DNA of 64,000 nt from Bryobacterales bacterium (GTDB taxonomy: Bacteria; Acidobacteriota; Terriglobia; Bryobacterales; UBA6623): the NCBI GenBank assembly GCA_963422375.2, contig CAXXKD010000001.1:320001-384000 (forward strand), in the 5' to 3' direction. The position numbers and the translations under genes are program-made. The notes under the pieces were generated by a model, which was not told the origin of the DNA, searched no databases, and saw only the letters and a program-made list of their open reading frames with translations. Position 1 is the first letter of the stretch. The number at the start of each line of letters is the position of its first letter. This document shows positions 11,887 through 21,906 of the stretch, one piece after another.

Positions 11887-12002
11887 AGTGGAGCCGTCTA
11901 GGCGGTCCGGTACGCTGCATTGCTGGCTGACGCGCCACCGTCACGGGGGGGCGCGGGAGAAGGACTAGCTCGGCTAGGCCGGAGGAATCGGGGAGTTTGA
12001 CA

Positions 12003-12502
12003 GTGGAACGTGAGTACAACACTCGCGAAGTGAGGAGCGTGACCGGTGCCAGTCTCCGTCAGCTCCAGTGGTGGGACGAGCGAGGTGTCGTCTCGCCAAC
12101 CCAACGGGGACACCGACGGCTGTACACCAGTGTCGAGGTCCTCAAGGTTTCGCTCATTATGGGACTTCGAGAAAAAGGGATTTCCTTCGCAAGGTGCGGC
12201 AGATTCTTGACCAGCTGCGCAGCGACGACGGGCAATCGTTCTTTAACATGCATCGTAAGGGCGCTCGCGTACTGATGCTGACCGACGGTGAGTCGGTCCA
12301 CGTCGAGACGGCCGCTGATCGCATTGTCGAGATCCTAGTCAGGTCCGAACTGCCGATCCATGTCCTTTGTATTTCCGACTACATCGAGAGGCTCGAGCCG
12401 GAGCGAGCGCGAATGGAGCCCGGCGCGCAGAGAAAGCCCGTGCGAAGCGAGCTGAGCGGCGGCTCCCGGCCCGTCCGACCGCGCGCTGCCAAGGCGTCCT
12501 GA
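12003..12502 (+). pseudogene. MerR-family transcriptional regulator, single frameshift near 12185
   Basis: YNTREVRSVTGASLRQLQWWDERGVVSP...HRRLY HTH. The frame switches at GIS/LRKVRQIL, consistent with one missing C. Confidence 0.8.
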
Positions 12503-12516
12503 GATGTGCGCGGCCC

Positions 12517-13839
12517 TCAGTGCCGTCTGCGGGCGCGCGACCTGACTACGAGCGGGGTGCCCTCGAACCCGAAGCGCGCGCGCAGCTGGTTGGCGAGGTA
12601 GCGTTCCAGGCCGAAGTGGAAGGGGCCCCGGAGGCTGCTGAAGAAGAGGAAGGTCGGAGGGCGCGTGCTGACTTGCGTGCAGTAGGACAGCTTGGGCTTC
12701 CTCGGGCCGGGCACGGTCACCCGCTCGAGGTCGAGCTCCGCTAGGAACCGGTTCAGCTCTCCCGTCGGAATGCGCCGCCGCGCGGCGCGGTCGGCCTTCT
12801 TGATCAGCGGGAACAGGCTCTCGGCGCGCAGGCCGGTCCGCGCGGAGACGCAGGCGACCGGGGCGTACTGGAGCACCTTGAGCTGCTCGCGCACGTGCCG
12901 CCGGAACGCGGCTTGGGGCTGCTCCGCGAGATCCCACTTGTTCGCTACGACGATGCAAGCCTTGCCCGCCTCGTGGGCGTAGCCGGCGATGTGGGTGTCC
13001 TGGGCGGTGACGCCCTGCGCCGGATCCACGAGCAGCAGCGCCACATCCGCCATCCGCAGGTGGCGCCGGGCCATGACGACGCTCAGCTTCTCGGCCGTCT
13101 CGCGGGTCTTGCCCATGCGTCGTATGCCCGCCGTGTCCACGAACTCGAAGCGCTGGCCGCGGTGCTCGGCCAGGGCGTCCACCGCGTCTCGCGTCGTCCC
13201 GGGAACGGGCGACACGATGGAGAACTCGCCGCCGGTGAGGCGGTTCAGCAGGGTCGACTTCCCGACGTTGGGGCGCCCGAGGATCGCTACGCGGACCGGG
13301 CGGCCCCCGTCCCGCTCGCCGTCGCCGGGCGGGCCGGCCGCGCCCGGAGCGGCGGCGTCCAGCAGCGCGTCGACTCCCCGCCCGTGCTCGGCCGAGATTG
13401 GGAACACGGCGCCGAAGCCCAGCTCGCCGAAGGCGCCGGCGTGGTCGTCGAGGGCGGGCGTGTCGCACTTGTTGACGGCGAGGCTGACCGGCCGCCCGCT
13501 GCGGCGCAGCAGGTCCGCCAGCTCGCGGTCGGCCCGCGCGAGTTCGGTGCGGCCGTCGACGACGAAGAGGACGTGATCGGCTTCGCCGATGGCCGCCACG
13601 ACCCCCTCTTCGACCAGGGCCGGGACGCCGTCACCGGCGAAGAACGTCATGCCGCCGGTGTCGGTGACCTCGAAGGGCCTGCCGTTCCAGCTGGCCCGCA
13701 TCCGGATCCGGTCGCGGGTCATGCCCGGATAGTCGCCGACGATCGAGCGGCGCGACTTGGTGATGCGGTTGAAGAGCGTGGACTTACCCACGTTCCGGCG
13801 CCCGACGATGACGAGTTGCGGAGGCCTCACGGTCTCCAT
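12517..13839 (-). CDS. der: Ribosome biogenesis GTPase Der (EngA)
   Basis: Two GTPase domains (GRRNVGKS, GRPNVGKS, DTAG, NKCD/NKWD) and KH-like tail FEGTP. Confidence 0.96.
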   Translation of the reverse strand: METVRPPQLVIVGRRNVGKSTLFNRITKSRRSIVGDYPGMTRDRIRMRASWNGRPFEVTDTGGMTFFAGDGVPALVEEGVVAAIGEADHVLFVVDGRTELARADRELADLLRRSGRPVSLAVNKCDTPALDDHAGAFGELGFGAVFPISAEHGRGVDALLDAAAPGAAGPPGDGERDGGRPVRVAILGRPNVGKSTLLNRLTGGEFSIVSPVPGTTRDAVDALAEHRGQRFEFVDTAGIRRMGKTRETAEKLSVVMARRHLRMADVALLLVDPAQGVTAQDTHIAGYAHEAGKACIVVANKWDLAEQPQAAFRRHVREQLKVLQYAPVACVSARTGLRAESLFPLIKKADRAARRRIPTGELNRFLAELDLERVTVPGPRKPKLSYCTQVSTRPPTFLFFSSLRGPFHFGLERYLANQLRARFGFEGTPLVVRSRARRRH

Positions 13840-13885
13840 AACCGCGATGGTATCAGCCGCCCGGGCGCGCCCGCGCGAGCCGGTC

Positions 13886-15994
13886 TCAACTCGCCGCGGC
13901 CCTGACGCCGAGATCCTTGCCGTCCATGCGGGCCGGGGGCTCGAATCCGAACAGGCTGAGAGCGGTCGGCGCCATGTCCTCGATCCCAGGATCCTCGGCC
14001 CCGAAGTCCCGGTTGCAGAACACGACCCCGGGGATCTGCGGCGGATCCACGCAATGGTCACCGCTCCACGCCTTGGTGTTGTCCTCGAAGACCGGCCCGG
14101 ACACCTTGCCCAGCGCGACGCCCCACGAGCAGCGGTAGCCGGGGTTGTATCCCACCACGATGTCGGGCGCCGCCGCGAGGTACGGCCCGCTGTATATCTC
14201 GTTCTTGGGATACGCGCGGCGCACGGCCTCGGCGTCCAGCTCGGTGTCCCGGAGCCCCGTCAGCTTCGACGCGATCTCCGCGCGGAGGCTGTCCGCCTGC
14301 TCGCCCGGGACGATGCCGCGCTTCTCCCGGCCCTCGACGTTGAGGTAGATGCCTGCCAGGCCGAAGCTATAGGCCCGCGTGCGGGTCCAGTCGACGCCGC
14401 GCAGCCAGGCCTCTTCGCGGGCGCCCTCCCGCGCCGCGAGATAGCCCTCGCGCTCCAGCCAGGCGTTCAGGTTGACTCCGCGCCGGAACGACTTGAAGCC
14501 GTGGTCGGACAGCACGAACAACACCGTGCGCTCGTCCGCGTGCCGCATCGCCTTGCCCACGATGCGGTCCATGTGCGCGTAGAGCGCCTCAATCGCGCCG
14601 GCGTGCCGGTCGGCGGAACGCCCGTTCGCGGCGTGGGCCGGATGGGACGGCTCGAGGTAGCGGTAGAACATGTGCTGGACGCGGTCCGGCGTGTCGAACA
14701 CGCAGGCGACGACGCCCCTGCGCGTGCGCTCGAGAGCGGACTCGAACATCGCCTCGCGCTCGGCGCAGATCTGGCCGGCCTGCTCGAGAAACGAGTCCTC
14801 GTCGATCACGCGCTCGTTGAGTGCCCACGTGTCCTCGGCCAGCCCCAGCGTCGAGTAGTCGCCCAGCAGCTTCGCCAGGTAGGGCGCGTAATACGGCGGG
14901 TGCGAGACCGGCAGGGCCGGCTTTTCCGGATCGATCGCGATGGGGGACAGATACAGCCGCACGTGCGGCTCGAGGGCGGCTAGGCGGAACTGGCCGATGC
15001 CGGTCACCCTCACGCCGAGGCCGGCGCGGAATGTCAGCCGGATCCAAGGCGTGAAGCGGTCGGCGGCCACCTCGTAGGAGGCCCGCCCGATCCTTAGGCG
15101 GCCGCGGCGCGCGGGACGGTCCAGCCGCAGCCGGAAGGGGATGCGCAGGTCGCCCGCGCCCTCGCGCATCGGGTTGTCCGGGCCGCGGATCTCGCCGCGG
15201 AAGTCCTCGCCGTCCCCGCGCAGCGGATGGCAGGCCCCCGCCTCCTCGAAGTCGGCGCCGCCCGGCGCGTTCGTGAAGACCTGGAAGCTGCCTTGGGTGC
15301 CGAGCAGGTCCGGCGTGCACATCGCCGACAGCAGGCGCCCTTCGAACGGCTCCGGCGGGAACGTGATCGGGACCCGCAGGATGGTCGAGCTCACGTGGCG
15401 GTCTCCTAGCAGCGACCAGAAGGGGCGGCTCTTGCGCCGCATTTCCACGGCCGGCTTGGCGAGCGGTATCCTCCAAGGCCCGACATTCCAGATTCGAGAG
15501 GGCCCGTGCACCCGCGAGGACGACAGCTCCGGGCGGTAGGTGCGGAGATTCCTGCTGAGAAAGTCGAAGAGATTGTGCTTGCCCGGGTTGGACCCCGTGG
15601 CGAAGGTCGCCCACGCGACCGGCGACAGCGGGGGGAAGGTGGTCCGCAGCCGGCTGTAGCGGCCGCGCGCCCGGAGCGCGGCGAGGTTCGGCAGCTTGCC
15701 CTCGGCGAGGTACTTCTCCACGAGATCGGGCTCGAGGCCGTCCAGTCCCAGGAAGATCAGCTTGCGGATCTTGGCCCTGCGGTAGCCCTGCGCGCCGCGC
15801 AGGGCGCGCCAGGCCATGCGGAACGGCAGGAGCGCGAAGGCGAACAGCCCCCCTAGGGCGGCGGCCAGCAGGCTGAACAGCGAGCCGACGAAGGCGAAGC
15901 CCGCCCCCGGGCCGACGTAGGCCTCGAGCGGCGCCCCCGCCACCAAGGCGGCCGCGACAGCCGCGAGACGCCAGGATCGAGCGGTATTCGCCAA
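13886..15994 (-). CDS. Alkaline phosphatase-superfamily protein (type I phosphodiesterase/nucleotide pyrophosphatase)
   Basis: LGLDG, PLSPVAWATF, DRVQH, SDHGF and WSGDH motifs; N-terminal signal/TM segment. Start codon approximate. Confidence 0.85.
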   Translation of the reverse strand: MANTARSWRLAAVAAALVAGAPLEAYVGPGAGFAFVGSLFSLLAAALGGLFAFALLPFRMAWRALRGAQGYRRAKIRKLIFLGLDGLEPDLVEKYLAEGKLPNLAALRARGRYSRLRTTFPPLSPVAWATFATGSNPGKHNLFDFLSRNLRTYRPELSSSRVHGPSRIWNVGPWRIPLAKPAVEMRRKSRPFWSLLGDRHVSSTILRVPITFPPEPFEGRLLSAMCTPDLLGTQGSFQVFTNAPGGADFEEAGACHPLRGDGEDFRGEIRGPDNPMREGAGDLRIPFRLRLDRPARRGRLRIGRASYEVAADRFTPWIRLTFRAGLGVRVTGIGQFRLAALEPHVRLYLSPIAIDPEKPALPVSHPPYYAPYLAKLLGDYSTLGLAEDTWALNERVIDEDSFLEQAGQICAEREAMFESALERTRRGVVACVFDTPDRVQHMFYRYLEPSHPAHAANGRSADRHAGAIEALYAHMDRIVGKAMRHADERTVLFVLSDHGFKSFRRGVNLNAWLEREGYLAAREGAREEAWLRGVDWTRTRAYSFGLAGIYLNVEGREKRGIVPGEQADSLRAEIASKLTGLRDTELDAEAVRRAYPKNEIYSGPYLAAAPDIVVGYNPGYRCSWGVALGKVSGPVFEDNTKAWSGDHCVDPPQIPGVVFCNRDFGAEDPGIEDMAPTALSLFGFEPPARMDGKDLGVRAAAS

Positions 15995-16014
15995 TGCGAT
16001 GCCTGCGCGGCCGC

Positions 16015-16590
16015 CTAGGCCGAGTCCGGCGGGCCCGTGAACCTCGTCGCGCGAATCAGCCGTCCGGCGTGGGCCCGCGCCGCGAATGCCAGCAGCACCG
16101 GCAGCGCGAACGGCAGGGACGCCGCCTGCGCCGCCTTGCGGCGGAATTCCGGGTTCTCCAGCACGCTGCGCGAGATCCCGATCCGCAGGGCCTTGCGCCA
16201 ATTGGAGCGGTCCAGCCAGACCAGCCCGCCGCTCTCGTCCGCCAGCAGGATCTTGGCCGGCAGCAGGGCTGCCAGGGCGAGCTTCCAAGTCGCTAGCAGC
16301 GGGCTGTCCCCGCACAGGATCGCGGCCGCCGCGTGGCGCTCGCGGCGGATGCGCCGCAGCAGCCGCCAGCGTCCGGAGCTGTCGGTGACCTCGTAGCTGC
16401 GCCACGTGCGGGCGGCCGCGCCCAGTCCGGTCGGCTCGCCCGGCACGCAGGTGAACAGGTCGATCGGAGCGTCGCCGCAGACCGAATCCCGCAGAAGCGG
16501 AATCAGGCGCTGGGCGTGCGGCCGAGGTCCGCTCTCGACGAGCAGAATGCGTTTCAGGGACGGAGCGTCCCTGCGCATGAACCGTTTCAC
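16015..16590 (-). CDS. Hypothetical protein
   Basis: 191-aa ORF upstream of and co-oriented with the phosphodiesterase; KRILLVESG start and hydrophobic C-terminus. Confidence 0.6.
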   Translation of the reverse strand: MKRFMRRDAPSLKRILLVESGPRPHAQRLIPLLRDSVCGDAPIDLFTCVPGEPTGLGAAARTWRSYEVTDSSGRWRLLRRIRRERHAAAAILCGDSPLLATWKLALAALLPAKILLADESGGLVWLDRSNWRKALRIGISRSVLENPEFRRKAAQAASLPFALPVLLAFAARAHAGRLIRATRFTGPPDSA

Positions 16591-16622
16591 GGACTAACAG
16601 CATAGCGCGCTAGAATTGCCTT

Positions 16623-16970
16623 ATGGTCGCCGTTCGCTTCTATCACAAGCCCAGTTGAACGAGCTGCCGCAAGGCTAGGAGGTTCCTGGCCGACCGGGGC
16701 GCCGAGCTCGAGTTGGTCGATCTCGGCAAGGGGCTCAGCGTCGAGCAGCTCGACGCGCTGATCGGCGCTCGGGACCATCTGGCCTTTCTGAACACGCGCA
16801 ACGCCCTCTATCGCGAGAGGCGCATGAAGGCCAGCCCGCCGTCCCGGCAGGAAGCCCTGCGCCTCATGGCCGCGCACCCCAACCTCATCAAGCGCCCGGT
16901 CGCGGTCCGGGGCGAGTCGGTCGCGGTCGGTTTCGACCCGGACGGCCTGTCCGCGGTGTGCGACGCCTAG
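16623..16970 (+). CDS. ArsC/Spx-family thioredoxin-fold selenoprotein (UxxC; UGA at 16656-16658)
   Basis: MVAVRFYHKPS-UGA-TSCRKARRFL is in frame with ORF 16713..16970 (PNLIKRP, VGFD). SECIS-like hairpin lies just downstream. Confidence 0.88.
16673..16691 (+). promoter_or_regulatory. Putative bacterial SECIS element
   Basis: GGCTAGGA-GGT-TCCTGGCC: 8-bp stem with a G-rich apical loop, starting 14 nt after the UGA. Confidence 0.7.
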
Positions 16971-16980
16971 GCGACGGGAC

Positions 16981-17056
<76 letters not shown>

Positions 17057-17075
17057 CCGGTCCTGCGACCGACCG

Positions 17076-17150
17076 TGGAGCGGGAGACGGGAATCGAACC
17101 CGCAACCAACAGCTTGGAAGGCTGTGACTCTACCATTGAGTTACTCCCGC
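17076..17150 (-). tRNA. tRNA-Gly(TCC)
   Basis: GCGGGAGTAACTCAATGGTAGAG...CTTCCAA...GGTTCGATTCC...CCA. Confidence 0.96.
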
Positions 17151-17184
17151 TGTCGCGCTAGGCGCACGGCCGCGACCCGACGCT

Positions 17185-17260
17185 TGGAGCCGGCGAGAGG
17201 ACTCGAACCCCCGACCGTCTGATTACAAATCAGATGCTCTGCCAACTGAGCTACGCCGGC
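17185..17260 (-). tRNA. tRNA-Thr(TGT)
   Basis: GCCGGCGTAGCTCAGTTGGCAGAGC...TTTGTAA...GGTTCGAGTCC...CCA. Confidence 0.96.
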
Positions 17261-17350
17261 TCGCGGCTCTTATCGTAGCACCCGGGAGCGGCGCGGGACC
17301 GGGAGGCACCCGATGCGTCCGCGACGGATCTCTCGCCTCGAGCCCGCGGG

Positions 17351-17424
17351 TGGCTGGGAGGCAGGGATTCGAACCCCGATAAACAGATCCAGAGTCTGCC
17401 GTGTTACCGTTACACCACCTCCCA
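17351..17424 (-). tRNA. tRNA-Gln(CTG)
   Basis: TGGGAGGTGGTGTAACGGTAACAC...CTCTGGA...GGTTCGAATCC...CCTCCCAGCCA. Confidence 0.95.
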
Positions 17425-17450
17425 GCAGATGCGGTTCAACGCCTGCGATC

Positions 17451-17456
17451 ATTATA
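17451..17456 (-). promoter_or_regulatory. -10 box (TATAAT) of the tRNA operon
   Basis: GGGGGTATAAT on the minus strand, 26 nt upstream of tRNA-Gln. Confidence 0.6.
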
Positions 17457-17580
17457 CCCCCGGCCCCGCCCGGGATTCCGAGACGGCGTCGCGGGCCGGG
17501 CAGCGACCGGGCCGCTTCGTGCGAAGCTAGTGGTTTGACGTGACGGCGGGCGGCAGCGCGCCGGGGACAGTTGGCCCGAC

Positions 17581-18549
17581 GTGAGAATCGTATTCGTAGG
17601 AGCCGGCGGTGTCGGCGGCTACTTCGGGGGGCGCATGGCGCAGGCCGGGCGCGACGTGTCATTCCTGTTGCGTCCCGCGAGCGCCCGCGCCCTGCGGTCG
17701 AACGGACTTCGCATCACCAGCCCGGCAGGCGATTTCTTCCTCCCGGAGCCCAGGGTCCTCGACGGCGAGAAGCCCTCGGGCGGAGTCGAGATCCTCTTCT
17801 TCGCATGCAAGGCCGAGCACCTCAAGACGGCCGCCGAACTCGCGCGACCGCTGGTCGGAGAATCGACCGTGGTCATCCCGCTGCTGAACGGCGTCGAGGC
17901 ACCCGACACGCTGTGCGAGCTCTTGAGGCCTGAGCGGGTCGTGGGCGGGTTCAGCCGGATCTTCGCCGAGCGGCGCTCCCCGGGCAACATCGTGCATACG
18001 GGCCTGCCCCAGCCCACGATCATTGTCGGCGAGCGCGGAGGAGGCCGCTCGGCGCGGCTTGCCAAGGTGCTGCGGCACCTTTTCTCCGTGGAGGGCATGG
18101 CCATTGACGAGTCGGCCGACATCTGGACCGACCTGTGGAAGAAGCTCGTGGCTGTCTGCACATTGGGTGTCGTCGGCGCAGTCACGCGGGCGCCCGCGGG
18201 CGCCTTGTTCCAGGTGCCTGAGACGCGCGACTTCATGGTTTCCGTCGCCGACGAGATCGCCTCTGTAGCGCGCGCGCAGGGCGCAGCGATCGCTCCGGGA
18301 TTCGCTTCCAAGCAGGTCCGCCAGTTCCGGCGCCTGCCGTACGGCACCACCGCCTCCATGCATCGCGACTTGGAGCGCGGTGAGCCCTCGGAACTGGAGG
18401 CGCAACTCGGCGCCGTGCGCCGCTACGCCCGGGAGTCGCAGGTGATGACGCCGGTGCTCGACACGGTCTACGCAGCGCTGCTGCCGGGCGAGCTGCGGGC
18501 GCGCCGGAGGCTGGTCTACCCGAGCGTGGACCCCCGCCCGGCGGCTTGA
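17581..18549 (+). CDS. panE: 2-dehydropantoate 2-reductase (ketopantoate reductase family)
   Basis: GAGGVGG, LLNG, WKKL, ASMHRDLERGEPSE. Confidence 0.88.
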   Translation: MRIVFVGAGGVGGYFGGRMAQAGRDVSFLLRPASARALRSNGLRITSPAGDFFLPEPRVLDGEKPSGGVEILFFACKAEHLKTAAELARPLVGESTVVIPLLNGVEAPDTLCELLRPERVVGGFSRIFAERRSPGNIVHTGLPQPTIIVGERGGGRSARLAKVLRHLFSVEGMAIDESADIWTDLWKKLVAVCTLGVVGAVTRAPAGALFQVPETRDFMVSVADEIASVARAQGAAIAPGFASKQVRQFRRLPYGTTASMHRDLERGEPSELEAQLGAVRRYARESQVMTPVLDTVYAALLPGELRARRRLVYPSVDPRPAA

Positions 18550-18554
18550 GCCGT

Positions 18555-19127
18555 TCAGTCCTTCAGCCGCCCGGCGACCTCGGCCAGCCTGGCCCCGAGC
18601 TTGCGCGCCTCCTCCAGCTCGTGCTCGCCGACGCCCTTCTCGTGCTCCGGGACGCCCGTCGTGGCGGACGCGCCCAGCCCGCCGTAGGGCGTGACGAGCA
18701 CCATGCCGTACTGCAGCAGGCCGAGCGCCATGCTCAGCATCGTGAATTCCTTGCCGTTCGACGGGGCCCCTCCCGTGGCGAAGACCGCGCAAGCCTTGTT
18801 CTCCAGGCCGCGGCTGCGCCAGAAGCCCAGCCCGTAGGCCCAGTCGACCAAGGCCTGCCTGACCTCCACCGCGACGTCGCCCATGTGGACGGGCGAGCCC
18901 AGCGCGACGCCGTCGGCCTTCTGAAGATCCTCGCGGGTCACGTCGCCGATTCTCTTCAGCACGGCTTCCGCGCCGCCGTTCCGCGCGCCCTCGGCGAGAG
19001 CCTCGGCCATGGTCTCGGTGTTGCCCGTTCGCGAGTGGTATGCCACCAGCACGGTCACGTCCGCCGCCAGCGCGGCCGCGGCCAGCGTCGCCAGCGCGGC
19101 CAGGCGGGCGAATGCCCTGGGCGTCAT
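18555..19127 (-). CDS. WrbA-like flavodoxin-fold NAD(P)H:quinone oxidoreductase with N-terminal signal peptide
   Basis: YHSRTGNTETMA FMN loop, GSPV, FATGG. Preceded by MTPRAFARLAALATLAAAALA-AD. Confidence 0.82.
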   Translation of the reverse strand: MTPRAFARLAALATLAAAALAADVTVLVAYHSRTGNTETMAEALAEGARNGGAEAVLKRIGDVTREDLQKADGVALGSPVHMGDVAVEVRQALVDWAYGLGFWRSRGLENKACAVFATGGAPSNGKEFTMLSMALGLLQYGMVLVTPYGGLGASATTGVPEHEKGVGEHELEEARKLGARLAEVAGRLKD

Positions 19128-19201
19128 AGGTGGTGCCTCCCCGGACGAGTCGCGGGGCTCGGCCCAGTGTACTCCCCTGTCGGCGGCCCGGCCCCTGGGC
19201 G

Positions 19202-21675
19202 TCACTGCGGGCGGTAGTCCACCCAGATGGGCGAGGCCCATGCCAGCTGGCCGTCCTCCTGCTGCAGGCGCACGTAGTAGTAGCTCTCCCCGGGGTTCGC
19301 GCCGGTGTCCCTGAAGGCGAAGGACGCCTCGCGCGTCCCTGGGCTGGCCGAGTAGAGGTAGGCGCCGTTCTTGATGATCTGGATCTCGTGGATCGGCCCC
19401 GTGCCCCGCGCCGTGACTTGGACGTCGGGCCTCTCCCGCACGCTCACGGAATCGCCCATGATCGCGTCGCCGACGCGCACGTCGAGCACGATGTTGTCGG
19501 TCGCGGCGTAGGCGTGGCGCTCCTGCAGCGCCCGGAAGATCCCTTCCCGCGTGGGTTCCTCGGCGTACACCGCGGCGTAGGAGATGTGGGTGGAGCGGTG
19601 GTCCGAGGACGCGATGAAGCCCAGCCGGTAGCCCTTGGCGAGCGCGCTGCGGGCGTAGCCGTCCGCGTAGCGCTCGGACGAACGGACCCGCGGAGACCCG
19701 GGGGCCTCGTAGCTCAGCCGGCACCCTTGGTAGATCTCTAGGAGGGGCTCCAGCGCGGGGTCGTTGAAGGAGAAGTCGGTCCCGCCGCCCGCGGCGATCG
19801 TGTGCGGGATGCTGATTGCGTTCCTGCCACTGAGCCGCTCCCACAGCCGCAGCTCCTCGGGCTGGCGCGGAAACTCCGCGCTTTCCCTGTCGCGATCTAG
19901 CGTCCGGTTGAACGGTGCGTCGCCTCGCTCGAGCTGGATGATGTTGCGGTGGCCGTAGGGCCAGCGGATGGTCCGCTCGTAGCCGAACAGCGGCGCGAAC
20001 CGTCCCCGCACGTGGAAGGCGTCGGCCAGCTTCTGGGTGCGCCACCAGTCGTAGCCGCGGTGCTCGGGCCGGCCGGCCAGCCCGCTCGCGCCGTAGTAGT
20101 GGTCGGTGGACGCGATGAAGTCGAGCTCGGCCGCGTCCAGCGCGTAGCGGTACATGTCCCATAGCGTGCCGTCGAATCCGCCGTCCCCGCTGATCTCGGT
20201 GTGCCGGTGCAGGTCTCCCCAGTAGAGCCGGAAGCGCCTGTCGCCGGCCGCTACCTCGTGCCGGCGGTCGGACCAAGCCGTGCGCCGGAAGGGGCGCGAG
20301 GCATCCGGGGCTGGGACCGGAGCCAGTTCGGGACGCGCCGCGCCCGACGCTGGCACCTCGGCCAGGCGAATCTTGCCGAGCGGCCGGTCGTCGTGGGGGA
20401 TCACCGGGCCGCCCGGGGCCCAGCGGTCGTCCGACGGGTAGGCGATCCACGCCCGCCCGTCCGGTCCGATCGCATGCGACAGGCGCTGATCGTTGCTGCC
20501 GGCGCTGCCCTCGACGCGCTCCGGCGCGGTCCACCGCGCGCCCTCGTAGGTCATGGAATGGATGTTCCAGGCGCCAGGACGCTCCTTCATGCTCCCGCCG
20601 TCGGCCCGGGGGACCCAGCGCCGCAGGAAGAGCCGGGGAGTTCCGCTCGGGTCGATCGCCATTCGAGGGATTTCGTAGGACAGAGCGAAGTCGGCGCTCA
20701 TCGCGTCTTCCAGCGACCCCGTCGGCCGCCAGCGCTGCGTGCCGGAGACAACCGCCACGCCGATCTTCTGCGCGTAGCGCAAGCTCACCAGCCGCCCGAC
20801 GGAGCCCTCGACGCTCCAAGGAGCGGGGCCCCCCCAGTCGGCCTGCCTGCTGTCGCGGGTCCAGCGCGGCATGTCGAGCGCCCAGTTCGGGCCCTGGTCG
20901 TCCCATGCCACCCACGCGCGTCCTTCGGGACGACGGCCACGGTGGCGCGTGCCTCGAACCGCGGCGAGTCGGCCACGGCCCGCTCCGGCGAGAGTTCGCC
21001 GCTTTCGAATACTCGGAGGTACACGTCGTAGTCCCCATGGCGGTAGGTGTCGTACACGATGAAGAGGCGGCCTTGCGCGTCGAGAGCGGCGTCCGGTTCC
21101 CAGTCGTTGGCTTCGTGCGAGGTGACCGGGATTACGGCGGACCAGCGGTTGCCGTCATGCACCTTGAGGTAGATGTTGGCGTCGCCGGTCCGGAAGGACT
21201 GCCAGACGAGGTACAGGCGGCCCGCGGGGCCGGCTAGCAGGCGGTGGTGGATGTCCGGCTGCGGATCCGTTGTCAAGCGTCGCACCGGTTCCCAGCGGCC
21301 GTCCCGCCAGCTGCGGGCGTATAGGTCGAAGTTCCCGGCGACTTGCGCCGACCAAGCCACCCAGATCCGCCCGTCCGGCTGGACGGCGAGTGCGGTCTTG
21401 AGATGGTCTCCGGCGCGGGCGCTGGCGACCATGGGTGTCTGCCACTCGCCGCCGGAGCGCTGACGGACGCGGATCTCGTCCGATCCGCGTCCGTCGTAGG
21501 AGGCCCAAGCGACCCACAGGTCTCCGTTCGGTGCGAACATCGCGGACGGCCAGTCCGCATGCTGGTCCGGCCCCGAGACTTGGACCGGCTGCGCTCGAGA
21601 CGGAGACGAGGCGAGCGAGCAGGCGCTGACGAAGGCGAGGACTCGGGCGGTTTTCAGAGCGGCGACGGTCGGCAC
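19202..21675 (-). pseudogene. Secreted repeat-domain plus PHP-like metallohydrolase (CehA/McbA/DUF3604-like), single frameshift near 20930
   Basis: GTG start with AGAGGAG RBS and signal peptide; repeated WVAWS/FDLYAR blades; WGDLHRHT, TDH, IPH, GFIASSDH, YYYVR..WASPIW. Confidence 0.8.
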
Positions 21676-21906
21676 GTGCGGATCTCCTCTTGGCTCCTGC
21701 ATCGTAGCCTGCGCCTGCCGCGTGGACCCGGGCGGCCCGGCCAAGCCGAATCAGGCTGTCGCGCGCGCAGGTGCTGACGGCCGTCCGTTCCGGGGCAGGA
21801 CAGTCCGGCCGTCGAGGTGGCTGCCGCCGGCCCGGACCCTCGGTTCGCTCCGAAGCGAGGGCACGCTCGAACCGCCTCGGTAGCGCCCGCACGGCCGGCG
21901 TCGCTG

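Noticed and set aside
13886..16603. 905-aa version of the phosphodiesterase and 514-aa version of Der
   Set aside because: N-terminal extensions overlap neighbouring genes; homology begins near 15994 and 13839 respectively.
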